Source: Betaproteobacteria bacterium | GTDB taxonomy: Bacteria > Pseudomonadota > Gammaproteobacteria > Burkholderiales > SG8-39 | Reading direction: 5' to 3' | Length of the DNA: 64,000 nt | Assembly (NCBI GenBank): GCA_004298385.1 | Contig: SCTX01000133.1 | Location: 3,672 to 67,671 of the forward strand | Part shown: positions 18,182 through 30,946 of the stretch, piece by piece | Layout of the letters: the number at the start of each line of letters is the position of its first letter | Position numbering within the stretch: position 1 is the stretch's first letter | Translations under genes and position numbers: made by a program | Notes under the pieces: generated by a model | The model's database searches: none | Told to the model about the DNA's origin: nothing | The model's input: only the letters and a program-made list of their open reading frames with translations

Positions 18182-18185
<4 letters not shown>
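17919..18185 (+). CDS. DUF2934-family small basic protein
   Basis: 88 aa. It has the C-terminal REGFAPG-type motif ([23 protein letters not shown]) and a strong RBS. Confidence 0.75.
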
Positions 18186-20371
<2,186 letters not shown>

Positions 20372-20435
20372 GCGGTGGCGCGGCGGCTATGCAGACGGTG
20401 GTTGGTCCGGTCCGAGACAATTGAGGTCCATGGCC

Positions 20436-21791
20436 ATGAGTATAGGCGAAGTTGAGATCCGCGGTCATATGGATGGCTTCGACCAGGGCGGTCAGGCCGC
20501 CGATCGCCGTCGCTACAAACGGCGGGCGTCCTGGGAGGTCGAGAGTCTTGCCCACGACGCGCTCGCCATCATCCTCGCTGGCGGCCGCGGCTCGCGCCTG
20601 GCCGAACTCACCGATTGGCGCGCCAAGCCGGCGGTGCCTTTCGGCGGCAAATTCCGCATTATCGATTTTGCCCTGTCCAATTGCGTGAACTCCGGCATTC
20701 GGCGCATCGGCATTTGCACGCAGTACAAGGCGCAAAGCCTGATCCGGCACGTGCAGCGCGGCTGGAGCTTTCTCGACGGCCGTTTGGGCGAGTTCGTCGA
20801 ACTGCTGCCGGCGCAGCAGCGCGTTACCGCGGAATGGTACCGGGGCACCGCCGACGCGGTGTACCAGAACATCGATATCCTGCGCCGGCACGAAAGAAAA
20901 TACGTGCTGGTCCTCGCCGGGGATCATGTCTATAAAATGGACTACGCGCGCATGTTGGCCGACCATGTGGCCAGCCGTGCAGTCATGACCGTCGCCTGCA
21001 TCGACGTGCCGCTCGCCGACGCAATCCAGCTCGGCGTGATGACGGTGGACGCGAACGGCCGCATCACCGCCTTCAAGGAGAAGCCGGCGCGGCCCGTCCC
21101 CATGCCGGACCGCCCCGAGCGGACGCTTGCGAGCATGGGCATCTACGTGTTCGACGAGGCGTTCCTGTATGAACAGTTGATCCGCGACGCCGAAGACAGC
21201 GGCTCCAGCCATGACTTCGGCAAGGACCTCATTCCCCGGCTGGTCGAATCAGGTTTGCCGGTGCATGCGCACCGCTTCCGCGACAGTTGCGTCAACATGG
21301 CGAACGGCAAGCCGTACTGGCGCGATGTAGGCACGCTCGACGCCTACTGGGAAGCGAACACGGACTTGACCCGTGTTGTGCCCGATCTCAACTTGTACGA
21401 CCGCGACTGGCCGATCTGGAGCTATCAGGAGCAACTGCCGCCGGCGAAATTCGTGTTCGACGACGACGGCCGGCGCGGCATGGCGGTCGATTCGCTGGTA
21501 TCGGGTGGATGCATCGTCAGCGGCTCGATGGTGCGGCGCTCGGTGCTGTTCTCCAATGTGCGCGTGCAAAATTACTGCGAAATCGAGGATAGCGTCGTCC
21601 TGCCGAACGTCGAAATAGGCAATAATGTCACCCTGCGGCGAGTGATCGTGGACAAGCGCTGCCGCTTGCCCAGCGGGCTCGAGGCAGGCATCGATCCCGT
21701 GGCGGACCGCAAACGCTTTCACGTAACCGACCGGGGCGTGACCGTAATCGTTCCGGAGAGCCTCGGGCAACGAGTGCACCACCGCAAATGA
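20436..21791 (+). CDS. glgC: Glucose-1-phosphate adenylyltransferase
   Basis: It carries LAGGRGSRL and [23 protein letters not shown], plus a C-terminal left-handed beta-helix region. The start is uncertain: 20430, 20436 (best GAGG spacing) or 20469. The ORF-track start at 20370 is unlikely. Confidence 0.9.
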   Translation: MSIGEVEIRGHMDGFDQGGQAADRRRYKRRASWEVESLAHDALAIILAGGRGSRLAELTDWRAKPAVPFGGKFRIIDFALSNCVNSGIRRIGICTQYKAQSLIRHVQRGWSFLDGRLGEFVELLPAQQRVTAEWYRGTADAVYQNIDILRRHERKYVLVLAGDHVYKMDYARMLADHVASRAVMTVACIDVPLADAIQLGVMTVDANGRITAFKEKPARPVPMPDRPERTLASMGIYVFDEAFLYEQLIRDAEDSGSSHDFGKDLIPRLVESGLPVHAHRFRDSCVNMANGKPYWRDVGTLDAYWEANTDLTRVVPDLNLYDRDWPIWSYQEQLPPAKFVFDDDGRRGMAVDSLVSGGCIVSGSMVRRSVLFSNVRVQNYCEIEDSVVLPNVEIGNNVTLRRVIVDKRCRLPSGLEAGIDPVADRKRFHVTDRGVTVIVPESLGQRVHHRK

Positions 21792-23533
21792 CCTCTCCCC
21801 GACTCCTCGATCTGGTGCTGGTTTGGCACATGCACCAGCCGGACTACCGCGACCATGCCAGCGGCGAGTTCATGTTGCCTTGGGTGTACCTGCACGCGAT
21901 CAAGGATTACACCGACATGGCCTGGCATCTGGAGCGCCACCCGGGCATGCGCGCGGTGATCAACTGGGTGCCGGTGCTGCTCGACCAACTGGAGGACTAC
22001 GCCGACCAGTTCGCGAGCGGGACGCTGCGCGACCCCTTGTTGCGGCTGCTCGCCCGCGATCATGCAACCGCGCTGACCGAGGACGAGCGCACGCTGGTGC
22101 TGGAGCGATGTCTGCGCGCCGACAATTCGAGAATGATCGAGCCATACCCGCCGTTCAAGCACCTGCACGACCTGTTCCGCACGCTCGAGGCGCGAGGCGG
22201 CCCGGCGCTGCGCTACCTGTCGGATCACTATTTCTACGACGTGCTCGTCTGGTATCACCTCGCCTGGACCGGGGAAACGGTGCGGCGCGAATCGGAACTC
22301 GTGCCGCGGCTGATGGCGATCGGGCAGCAATTCGAGCAGCATCACCGCCACGAACTGTTTCGGCTCATCGGCGAACTGGTGCGCGGCGTGGTCGGGCGCT
22401 ATGCGCGGCTGGCCGAGGCGGGACGCATCGAACTGTCGACTACGCCGCATTATCATCCGCTGGCGCCGCTGCTGCTCGATTTCCATTCCGCGCGCGAGGC
22501 CGAACCCCAAGCGCCGCTGCCGGAGACCGCGATCTACCCCGGCGGTCGCGAGCGCGTCATGGTCCATCTGCGGACCGCGCTCGAAAGCCACACGCGCCGC
22601 TTCGGCGCGACGCCGCGCGGCGTCTGGCCGGCCGAAGGCTCGGTGTCTTCGAGTTTGGTCGGCCTGCTGAGCGGCAGCGGCCTGGCGTGGACGGCGAGCG
22701 GCGAGCAGGTGCTTGCGAACAGCATTGGCGCGGCGCACCGTGGGACGCCGCGATCGCACTATCTGTACCGCCCGTACCGGCTGCGCGGCGCGCCGGATCT
22801 GGCCCTGTTCTTTCGCGACGACAAGCTCTCCGACCGGATCGGCTTCGAGTACCGGAAATGGCACGGCAGCGACGCGGCGGCCAATTTCGTCGGCGAACTG
22901 GAATCCATCGCCGCCGAGGCCGGAGCGGACGAACGGCCGCTGGTGAGCGTGATTCTCGACGGCGAAAACGCCTGGGAGCACTACCCCTATAACGCATACT
23001 ATTTTCTGAGCGAGTTGTATAAGGCGCTGGAATCGCACCCTTCGATTCGACCGACGACGTTCGATGCATTCCTGCTCGCGTGCTCGAACGCCGGCGCGGC
23101 CGCCGGCCGGCCGCCTGCCGCAACGCACCAGTTGGAGCGGCTGGTCGCCGGGAGCTGGGTATACGGCAATTTCGCCACCTGGATCGGGTCAACCGACAAG
23201 AACCGCGCCTGGGATCTGTTATGCGCCGTCAAACAGAGTTTCGACCTGGTGCGCGCAAGCGGGCGCCTCGACGCGGACGGCCTCGCCGCCGCCGAGCGGC
23301 AGCTCGCCGATTGCGAAGGTTCGGACTGGTTCTGGTGGTTCGGCGACTACAACTCGAGCGCTTCGGTGGCGAGTTTCGACCAGTTGTACCGCGCCAAGCT
23401 CGCCAACTTGTACCGGCTGATCGAATTGCCGGTGCCGGCGGTGCTGTCTGAACCTATTTCCCACGGGCATGGCGACCCCGAAGGCGGCGGCAGCATGCGC
23501 CGTGGGGACGCGCCGAAGGCGGCGCCGGGATGA
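21788..23533 (+). CDS. Glycoside hydrolase family 57 protein
   Basis: 581 aa. GH57 signatures are VWHMHQPDY, WPAEGSVS and ILDGENAWEHY. Its ATG overlaps the glgC stop (ATGA). Confidence 0.85.
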   Translation: MTSPRLLDLVLVWHMHQPDYRDHASGEFMLPWVYLHAIKDYTDMAWHLERHPGMRAVINWVPVLLDQLEDYADQFASGTLRDPLLRLLARDHATALTEDERTLVLERCLRADNSRMIEPYPPFKHLHDLFRTLEARGGPALRYLSDHYFYDVLVWYHLAWTGETVRRESELVPRLMAIGQQFEQHHRHELFRLIGELVRGVVGRYARLAEAGRIELSTTPHYHPLAPLLLDFHSAREAEPQAPLPETAIYPGGRERVMVHLRTALESHTRRFGATPRGVWPAEGSVSSSLVGLLSGSGLAWTASGEQVLANSIGAAHRGTPRSHYLYRPYRLRGAPDLALFFRDDKLSDRIGFEYRKWHGSDAAANFVGELESIAAEAGADERPLVSVILDGENAWEHYPYNAYYFLSELYKALESHPSIRPTTFDAFLLACSNAGAAAGRPPAATHQLERLVAGSWVYGNFATWIGSTDKNRAWDLLCAVKQSFDLVRASGRLDADGLAAAERQLADCEGSDWFWWFGDYNSSASVASFDQLYRAKLANLYRLIELPVPAVLSEPISHGHGDPEGGGSMRRGDAPKAAPG

Positions 23534-25563
23534 GCGCATCGGTGGCATTGCTGTTCGGCGTGCACGCGCATCAGCCGGCGGGCAATTTCCCGCGGGTGCT
23601 GGAGGAGGCGCATGCGCACTGCTACCGGCCGTTCCTGGAAACCGTCTACCGCTATCCCCAATTCCGTTTTGCGCTGCATTTCAGCGGTCCGCTGCTCGAT
23701 TACCTGCTGCGGCAGCATGCCGCGGACATGGCGCTGCTCGCGCGCATGGTGGAGCGCGGGCAGGTCGAGTTGTTCGGCGCAGGCGATGCCGAGCCCGTGC
23801 TCGCCGCGATCCCGAACCGCGACCGGCTGGGCCAGATCGCCAAGCTCAGCCGGAAGCTCGCCGCGCGCTTCGGCCACGCCCCCGAGGGGGCCTGGCTGAC
23901 CGAGCGCGTTTGGGAAGCGACGGTGGTGCCGGCGTTGGTCGATTGCGGCATCCGTTACGTTACCGTCGACGATTACCACTTCCTCGCGAGCGGCAAGTCC
24001 GTGGCCGAGCTCGACGGCTATTTCACCACCGAAGAAGACGGGCGCAGGCTCGACCTGTTTCCGATCTCCGAGGCGCTGCGTTACCGCATTCCGTTTGCGC
24101 TGGCCGAGGAGAGCGTCGCTTACCTCGAAGGCCTGGCGCGCGAGCCGGGTCCCACGGCCGCAATCTATTTCGACGACATCGAAAAATTCGGCATCTGGCC
24201 GGAAACCTACGCATGGGTGTACGAGAAAGGCTGGTTGCGCGAGTTCATCGAACGCGTGCTCGGGTCGAGGAAAATCACCACCCAAACTTTCGGCGAATAC
24301 CGCGATCGCGTGCGCGCGCGCGGCGTCGTCTATCTGCCGACCACGTCCTATATCGAAATGAACGAGTGGACGCTGCCGGCGCGTGCGGCGCATGCCTACG
24401 CCGACCTGGTGGAACGCGAGAAGCGCGCCGGCAGCTATGAAGTGAGCAAGGCGTTTCTGCGCGGCGGCATCTGGAAGAATTTCGTGTCGCGCTATCCCGA
24501 GGCGAACTGGATGCACAAGCGCATGCTGGCGCTTTCGGAGCGCCTCGCGCGCCTGCCTGCGGCGCAGCGCACCGAGGAGATGCACGCGCTGCTGTATGCG
24601 GCGCAGGCGAACGACGCTTATTGGCACGGACTGTTCGGCGGGCTGTACCTGCCGCACCTGCGTCGCGCGGTGTATGCGGCGCTGCTCGAACTCGAGCGCA
24701 CGCTCGACCGGCTCGACCCGCGGGCGGCGAGCCAATGCCTCGACCTCGATCTGGACGGCATCGACGAGCTGTTCCTGCGCAATGCCGATCTGCAAGCGGT
24801 GGTCAAGCTCGACGGCAGTGCCGCCGTCCTCGAACTCGACGCCTATGCCTTGGCGCAAAACTTTGGCGACACCCTGAGGCGCCATGCCGAGCACTATCAC
24901 CGGCGCGTCCTCGGCGGGCCGGCGGCGGCGCCCCAGGGCGGCGGCATTGCGTCCGCCCACGACCGGCTCGATCTGAAGCACGACGTCGGCGCCGCCGATC
25001 TGGAGGCCGACGCGGCCGCGCGCACCTTGTTCCGCGATGCCTGGGTCGGTGCGCAAGGGGATTTGCAGCCGCTCAACGGCTACGATCTGCGCCGGGTGGA
25101 TGGCGCGAGCGTGACATTCGGCGCTGCACGCGGCGACGCCACGCTGCAAAAGGAGATCGCGCTCTCCGGCAATCGCATCGGCGTCGGCTATCGCTACACT
25201 GGCGCGTTCGACGCATCCGGGAATTGCGGGTTCGAAAGCGCAATCGATCTCGCCATGCCGAGCTGCGATGGACCCGGCGCGCACTATCTTTACCGCGATG
25301 TTGTCGCCGGTGGCCTGGGCCAGCCTCTGGAGCTCGAGGGCATGTCCGAATTGGTGCTCGTCGACAATTTCATGGGCGGCAGCCTCACGCTGCGCTCGAA
25401 TCCGCCCGCAGCGCTACGCGCCCGGCCGTGCTACACCGTGTCGCAGTCCGAAGGCGGCTTCGAGAAAATCATGCAGTCGGTTACGTTGACGCTGGCGTGG
25501 CCGCTGGATGCCGCTCACGCGAACATGGATCTGACGCTGGAAATACGCAAACATCCTGCCTGA
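23530..25563 (+). CDS. GH57 alpha-amylase/4-alpha-glucanotransferase-type protein
   Basis: 677 aa. Signatures are GVHAHQPAGNF, WLTERVWE and FDDIEKFGIWPE. Its ATG overlaps the upstream stop (ATGA). Confidence 0.85.
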   Translation: MSASVALLFGVHAHQPAGNFPRVLEEAHAHCYRPFLETVYRYPQFRFALHFSGPLLDYLLRQHAADMALLARMVERGQVELFGAGDAEPVLAAIPNRDRLGQIAKLSRKLAARFGHAPEGAWLTERVWEATVVPALVDCGIRYVTVDDYHFLASGKSVAELDGYFTTEEDGRRLDLFPISEALRYRIPFALAEESVAYLEGLAREPGPTAAIYFDDIEKFGIWPETYAWVYEKGWLREFIERVLGSRKITTQTFGEYRDRVRARGVVYLPTTSYIEMNEWTLPARAAHAYADLVEREKRAGSYEVSKAFLRGGIWKNFVSRYPEANWMHKRMLALSERLARLPAAQRTEEMHALLYAAQANDAYWHGLFGGLYLPHLRRAVYAALLELERTLDRLDPRAASQCLDLDLDGIDELFLRNADLQAVVKLDGSAAVLELDAYALAQNFGDTLRRHAEHYHRRVLGGPAAAPQGGGIASAHDRLDLKHDVGAADLEADAAARTLFRDAWVGAQGDLQPLNGYDLRRVDGASVTFGAARGDATLQKEIALSGNRIGVGYRYTGAFDASGNCGFESAIDLAMPSCDGPGAHYLYRDVVAGGLGQPLELEGMSELVLVDNFMGGSLTLRSNPPAALRARPCYTVSQSEGGFEKIMQSVTLTLAWPLDAAHANMDLTLEIRKHPA

Positions 25564-25576
25564 GGTGGCCGCTGGC

Positions 25577-25617
25577 TTGACAATTGTCAAAAGGACGCCG
25601 GTAAAGACGTTTAGCCT
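25577..25617 (+). promoter_or_regulatory. Candidate class-II CRP/FNR-family promoter of the short glgC paralog
   Basis: The perfect 14-bp palindrome TTGACAATTGTCAA (25577-25590) is followed after exactly 21 nt by TAGCCT (25612-25617). The ATG is at 25656. Confidence 0.4.
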
Positions 25618-25655
25618 GTCGACTGTGGCATTCGCCGAAGAAGGGGTACGCTCCA

Positions 25656-26633
25656 ATGAAGATTCTCGCAATGGTTCTGGCGGGAGGCAATGGCACCCGG
25701 CTCCACCCGCTGACTGCCGAGCATGCAAAACCCGCGCTGCCGTTCGCGCACGGTTACCGGATTGTCGATTTCGTGCTCAGCAATCTCGTCAATTCGGATA
25801 TCTCGCCGATCTATGTGCTGGTGCAGTACAAACCGCGATCCCTCGTCGCGCATATCCGCACCGCTTGGGCGCCGTGGTCCGGGGGTGCGCAACACCCCAT
25901 AACGATAGTGCTTCCGGAAACGAGCGGTGAAGGTGGGCCGTTCACAGGTACGGCGAACGCCGTTTACCAGAATCTTCATTTGATCGAACGCGAGCGGCCC
26001 GACCTGGTAGCGGTATTTGCCGCAGATCACGTCTACCGCATGGATGTCCGGCAAATGGCGAGCTTTCATCAAGAGCGTGGCGCCGACGTAAGCATAGCGG
26101 CGGTTCCAGTGCCGATCGAAAAAGCGTCCGCCTTTGGCATCATGGCGACCGGCGCCGACGGCGAACTGCGTGATTTCCAGGAAAAACCCGAGCGGCCGGC
26201 GCCGATACCGACCGATCCGGGCTACGCTTACGCCTCGATGGGCAATTACCTGTTCAATCCCCCGGTTTTGCTGGAGTTGCTCGATCAGTCCAACCGGCGC
26301 GGCGATACGGACTTCGGTCGCCACATCCTGCCGTGCCTGCCGCATAGCCACCGCGTCTTTGCGTACGACTTCGCGAGCAACAAAGTTTCCGGGGTCAAGC
26401 CGTATGAAGAGCGCGGCTACTGGCGCGACATAGGTACGATCGATGCCTACCAAGCTGCGCAGCGAGACGTGTTGGGGCCGTTGCCGCGCTTCAACCTGGT
26501 GAATCCAAAATGGCCGATCCGCAGCGATGGTCAGCGCATGCCGAGGCGCATGCTGCTGCCCGCCGAGACGGTTCCGGCGGCAACCGCCGGTCCCGCAATG
26601 GGCGCGTGCGCGAATGTGATGCTCGTGGAATGA
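25656..26633 (+). CDS. GlgC-like sugar-phosphate nucleotidyltransferase lacking the C-terminal beta-helix domain
   Basis: 325 aa. LAGGNGTRL and PALPFAHGYRIVDFVLSNLVNS parallel GlgC. The protein ends shortly after the WPI linker motif. Confidence 0.8.
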   Translation: MKILAMVLAGGNGTRLHPLTAEHAKPALPFAHGYRIVDFVLSNLVNSDISPIYVLVQYKPRSLVAHIRTAWAPWSGGAQHPITIVLPETSGEGGPFTGTANAVYQNLHLIERERPDLVAVFAADHVYRMDVRQMASFHQERGADVSIAAVPVPIEKASAFGIMATGADGELRDFQEKPERPAPIPTDPGYAYASMGNYLFNPPVLLELLDQSNRRGDTDFGRHILPCLPHSHRVFAYDFASNKVSGVKPYEERGYWRDIGTIDAYQAAQRDVLGPLPRFNLVNPKWPIRSDGQRMPRRMLLPAETVPAATAGPAMGACANVMLVE

Positions 26634-26731
26634 AATCGCCCGCGAGGATTATCTGAGTTCATCGCGCATCCTGTTTGAGCGGTTACGATAGGGGGCCGGT
26701 GGCGTGAGCTGACGACATTGCTACCCCCTCC

Positions 26732-29407
26732 GTGCACATCCACAGACTCACCGCCGACGAGGCCCTCGCCAGCCTGAAGACCTCCCCCGCCGGTCTCCTC
26801 CGGGCTGAGGCCGTGCGCCGGCTGGCGGAGTTTGGGCCCAATCATGTGGAAGATGTGGCGCGCGAGCATTTGCTCCTCGGTTTCGCCCGCGAGTTCACTC
26901 ACTTTTTCGCCATCATTCTCTGGGCCGGCGCGGCGCTGGCGTTTCTCGCCGAGCAGTTTGATCCAGACCAGGGCATGGCCCGCCTCGGCATTGCCATCGT
27001 CGGGGTCATCCTCGTCAACGGCGTTTTCTCCTTCTGGCAGGAATACAAGGCCGAGCGCGCCGTGGCGGCACTGCGCCAGTTGCTGCCGCAGAAGGTGAAG
27101 GCGCGGCGCGGCGGCGAGATCGTGGAAATGCTGGCAGCCGAGCTCGTGCCCGGCGACATCGTGCTGCTGGAGGAGGGCAGCCTGGTTCCTGCCGACTGCC
27201 GCCTCATCGAGGCTTTCGCGCTGCGCGTGAACACGGCAACGGTCACCGGCGAGTCTCTGCCCAAAGCGCGCAATACCGAGCCGAGCATGGAGGAATCGCC
27301 CCTGTTCGCGAAGAACATCGCGCTCGCCGGCACTTCGGTGGTGTCGGGCCAGGCACGCGCGGTGGTGTACGCAACGGGCGCGCGCACCGAGTTCGGCAAG
27401 ATCGCTCACCTCACGCAAACGACCGGCGAAGCCAGTTCGCCGCTGCAGCGCGAGATCGCGCGCCTGTCGCGCATCGTCGCGGCCCTCGCCACGGGCCTCG
27501 GCGTGGTCTTCCTTTTCATCGGCGAGACGCTGGGGCTGCCGACCTGGGAGAACCTGCTCTTCGCCATCGGCATCATCGTCGCCAACGTGCCCGAAGGGTT
27601 GTTGCCGACAGTGACGCTGTCGCTGGCGCTGGCGACGCAGCGCATGGCCAGGCGCAACGCCCTGGTGCGCCACCTGCCCGCGGTGGAGGCGCTTGGTTCG
27701 ACTACGACCATCTGCTGCGACAAGACCGGCACGCTGACGCAGAACCGCATGTCGGTGAAACGCCTGTGGCTTGGCGGCGGGTTCGTCGAGCCGGCCGATC
27801 TCGCCGCGCAGCCGCGTCTGGCGCAGGATAACCGCCAGTTATTCGTCGCTGCCGCGCTCTGCCACAATCTGAACGAGGTGGACGACCATGGCCGGCGCAA
27901 GCTGCTGGGCGACCCGATGGAAGTGGCGCTGGCCGGCATCGGACGGCAGGCGAGCGGCGGACTGGACGGATTTGCGCGCATCGACGAGATTCCTTTCGAC
28001 ACCGACCGCAAGCGCATGTCGGTGTTGTGCGCCACGCCGCAAGGCCGCGTGCTCTACTGCAAGGGCGCGCCGGAGACGGTGCTCGCCGCCTGCGACCTAG
28101 TCCAGTTCGACGCGGGAATAGCGCCGCTCGACGCCGCGGCGAGGACGCGCCTGCTGGCGGCGCAGGACGCGATGACCGAAGCCGGGCTGCGTGTGCTGGC
28201 TTTCGCCCATTGCGCGGTCGAAGACGGCATGCCAGGCGAGGAGCGCGGCATGACCCTCACCGGCTTGGTCGGGCTGGAAGACCCGCCGCGACCCGAGGTG
28301 GCGCAGGCCATTTCGCGCTGCGCCTCGGCCGGCATCCGCATCATCATGGTCACCGGCGACCACCCGCATACCGCCCTCGCCATCGCGCGCGAGATCGGCT
28401 TGGTGAAGACGGAGCAGCCGGTGGTGATCGCCGGCGGCGAACTGCGCCGCATGTCGCCGGCGCAACTGCAACTCGCGCTCGACGCGAAGGAGATCCTTTT
28501 CGCCCGCGTCGCCGCCGAGCAAAAAATGCTGATCGTGCAGGCGCTGAAGAAAAAGGGCGAGATCGTGGCCGTCACCGGCGACGGCGTGAACGACGCCCCG
28601 GCGCTGAAGACCGCCGACATCGGCATCGCCATGGGCATCGCCGGCACCGACGTGGCCAAGGAGGCCGCCGACCTGATCCTGCTCGACGACAATTTCGCCA
28701 GCATTGTCGCGGCGATCGAAGAGGGGCGCGCGGTGTTCGAGAATATCCGCAAGTTCCTCACCTATATCCTCAGCTCGAACATCCCCGAGCTGGTGCCTTA
28801 TCTTGCCTTTGCGCTGTTTAGGATCCCGCTGCCGCTAACCATCATCCAGATCCTGGCCGTCGACCTTGGCACCGACATGCTGCCGGCGCTGGCGCTGGGC
28901 GCCGAGAAACCCGATCCGGGCGTCATGAACCGGCCGCCAAGGGCGCGCGGCGAGCGGCTGCTGTCCTGGGGCCTGATCGCCCGCGCGTATCTGTTCCTCG
29001 GCGCGCTGGAGGCGGCGGCGGCGATGGCGGTGTTCTTTTTCGTCCTGGACGCGGCCGACTGGCGCTACGGCGAGCTGCCCGGCAAGACCGACCCGCTCTA
29101 TCTGCAGGCGACCACCGCCTGCCTGGCGGCGATCGTGGCGACCCAGGTGGCGAATGTATTCCTCTGCCGCCACCCTCTGAAATCGTCGCTGTCCTTCAGC
29201 CCTTTCAGCAACGCGTTCATCCTGCCCGGCATAGCGGCGGAGCTGGGCCTAATCCTGTTCATCGTCTACGCTCCGGCCGGCAATTGGCTGTTCGGCACGG
29301 CGCCGATCGGGCCGGAGGTCTGGTTGCTCGCCGGCTTCTTCGCGGCGCTGATGTGGGCGCTGGAGGAAGTGCGCAAGGCATGGTTGCGGCGGATGCCCGT
29401 CCGATGA
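26732..29407 (+). CDS. Cation-translocating P-type ATPase (type II-like)
   Basis: 891 aa. Motifs are TGES, DKTGTLT and TGDGVNDAPAL, with an N-terminal Cation_ATPase_N-like segment. It has a GTG start without an obvious SD, so the start is uncertain. Confidence 0.9.
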   Translation: MHIHRLTADEALASLKTSPAGLLRAEAVRRLAEFGPNHVEDVAREHLLLGFAREFTHFFAIILWAGAALAFLAEQFDPDQGMARLGIAIVGVILVNGVFSFWQEYKAERAVAALRQLLPQKVKARRGGEIVEMLAAELVPGDIVLLEEGSLVPADCRLIEAFALRVNTATVTGESLPKARNTEPSMEESPLFAKNIALAGTSVVSGQARAVVYATGARTEFGKIAHLTQTTGEASSPLQREIARLSRIVAALATGLGVVFLFIGETLGLPTWENLLFAIGIIVANVPEGLLPTVTLSLALATQRMARRNALVRHLPAVEALGSTTTICCDKTGTLTQNRMSVKRLWLGGGFVEPADLAAQPRLAQDNRQLFVAAALCHNLNEVDDHGRRKLLGDPMEVALAGIGRQASGGLDGFARIDEIPFDTDRKRMSVLCATPQGRVLYCKGAPETVLAACDLVQFDAGIAPLDAAARTRLLAAQDAMTEAGLRVLAFAHCAVEDGMPGEERGMTLTGLVGLEDPPRPEVAQAISRCASAGIRIIMVTGDHPHTALAIAREIGLVKTEQPVVIAGGELRRMSPAQLQLALDAKEILFARVAAEQKMLIVQALKKKGEIVAVTGDGVNDAPALKTADIGIAMGIAGTDVAKEAADLILLDDNFASIVAAIEEGRAVFENIRKFLTYILSSNIPELVPYLAFALFRIPLPLTIIQILAVDLGTDMLPALALGAEKPDPGVMNRPPRARGERLLSWGLIARAYLFLGALEAAAAMAVFFFVLDAADWRYGELPGKTDPLYLQATTACLAAIVATQVANVFLCRHPLKSSLSFSPFSNAFILPGIAAELGLILFIVYAPAGNWLFGTAPIGPEVWLLAGFFAALMWALEEVRKAWLRRMPVR

Positions 29408-29669
29408 GTTGAACGGAGCGCGAACCCGGATGGCTAAATTGAAATCGATTTCTCATGCATCAATTGCGTTTGCGCAATTTCCGGGTTCGTCCATGATTAG
29501 AACGGCCGCGCCACGTACACGGCCCGAGCTCAGTTGCCGCAAGGCTTCGTCGGCCAATGCCAGGGGGAAAGTTTCCACCTCCGCTTTGATGTCCTCGACT
29601 CCTCGGATGATGCGTCCGGCCGCAGAATTTGGTATAAAGTCGCAAGGTGTTTTTAACGGAGTGGTCAAT

Positions 29670-30911
29670 TTGCTTTATGCCCTGCATGAAATGAGTCACG
29701 CGGCGCTGGCGCCCTGGCAGATGTGGGCCAGCATGAACGCCAGCATGTTCAGCCACCCTTTCAGCCCGCTTTCCTACTCTCCGCTCAGCCGCAACATCGC
29801 CGCCGGAAACGAGCTCTTCATCCGCGTCACCCAGCGCTACCATAAACCCGAGTTCGGCATCAGTGAAACCCGCATCGGCGGCAAGGCGGTCGCCGTCAGC
29901 GAAAGCGTCGCCGTCGACAAGCCTTTTTGCCGGCTGCTGCACTTCGAGCGCGACCTCGGCGCGCGCCGGGTTTCGCACAAAGGGCGCGCCGATCCCAAAG
30001 TGCTGCTGGTGGCGCCGCTGTCCGGTCACCACGCCACGCTGTTGCGCGATACGGTGCGCACGCTCCTGCCCGATCACGACGTCTATATCACCGATTGGGT
30101 GGACGCGCGCATGGTGTCGCTGTTCCATGGGCCCTTTTATCTCGACGATTACGTCGATTACGTGCGCGAGTTCATCACCTTGCTCGGGCCGGAGGTGCAT
30201 GTCATCTCGGTGTGCCAGCCGACGGTGCCGGTGCTGGCCGCGATCGCGCTCATGGCCGATGCGGACGCGAGCATCAAGCCGCGCACCATGATCATGATGG
30301 GCGGGCCGATCGACGCCCGGCGCAGTCCGACCGCGGTCAATAACCTCGCCACGCGCAAGCCTCTTTCTTGGTTCAACAGCAACGTGATCCAGCGCGTGCC
30401 GGCGAAATATCCGGGATTCATGCGCCGGGTCTATCCGGGTTTTCTGCAGCACCTGGGGTTCGTCGCCATGAACCCCTCGCGCCATGCCGAAGCGCACCGT
30501 GATTTCTACAATCATCTGGTCGAGGGCGACGGCGAGTCGGCCGAAGCGCACCGGCGCTTCTACGACGAGTACAACGCGGTGCTCGACATGCCGGCCGAGT
30601 ACTATCTGGACACCATCAAGACGGTGTTCCAAGAATTCTCCTTGCCGCAGGGGCGCATGTTCGTGCGCGAGCAGTTGGTGCGGCCGCAGGCCATCAGCAA
30701 GACGGCGCTGCTGACGATCGAAGGCGAACTGGACGATATTTCCGGCAACGGCCAGACCGAGGCGGCACACGGGCTGTGCACCGGTATCCCGGCGAAGAAG
30801 CGCGAGCACTATCTCGCGCCCGGCGTCGGGCATTACGGCATTTTCAGCGGCCGCCGCTTCCGCGAGATGCTGTATCCGCGCATTCGCGGCTTCATCCGGC
30901 GTCATGCGTAG
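29670..30911 (+). CDS. phaZ: Intracellular polyhydroxyalkanoate depolymerase (PhaZ)
   Basis: The family normally starts MLYQLHE. Here TTG at 29670 gives (M)LYALHEM, 8 nt after GGAG. The ORF-track start at 29409 would add about 87 unrelated residues. Confidence 0.8.
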   Translation: MLYALHEMSHAALAPWQMWASMNASMFSHPFSPLSYSPLSRNIAAGNELFIRVTQRYHKPEFGISETRIGGKAVAVSESVAVDKPFCRLLHFERDLGARRVSHKGRADPKVLLVAPLSGHHATLLRDTVRTLLPDHDVYITDWVDARMVSLFHGPFYLDDYVDYVREFITLLGPEVHVISVCQPTVPVLAAIALMADADASIKPRTMIMMGGPIDARRSPTAVNNLATRKPLSWFNSNVIQRVPAKYPGFMRRVYPGFLQHLGFVAMNPSRHAEAHRDFYNHLVEGDGESAEAHRRFYDEYNAVLDMPAEYYLDTIKTVFQEFSLPQGRMFVREQLVRPQAISKTALLTIEGELDDISGNGQTEAAHGLCTGIPAKKREHYLAPGVGHYGIFSGRRFREMLYPRIRGFIRRHA

Positions 30912-30946
30912 AAAAGACGCCCTTGGCAGCCGAGGCGCCGGTGAGC

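Noticed and set aside
20414-20427. Fourth CRP/FNR-like site in the glgB/glgC divergent spacer (GAGACAATTGAGGT).
   Set aside because: Only the central GACAATTG matches. The outer TTGA/TCAA positions that define the family are absent.
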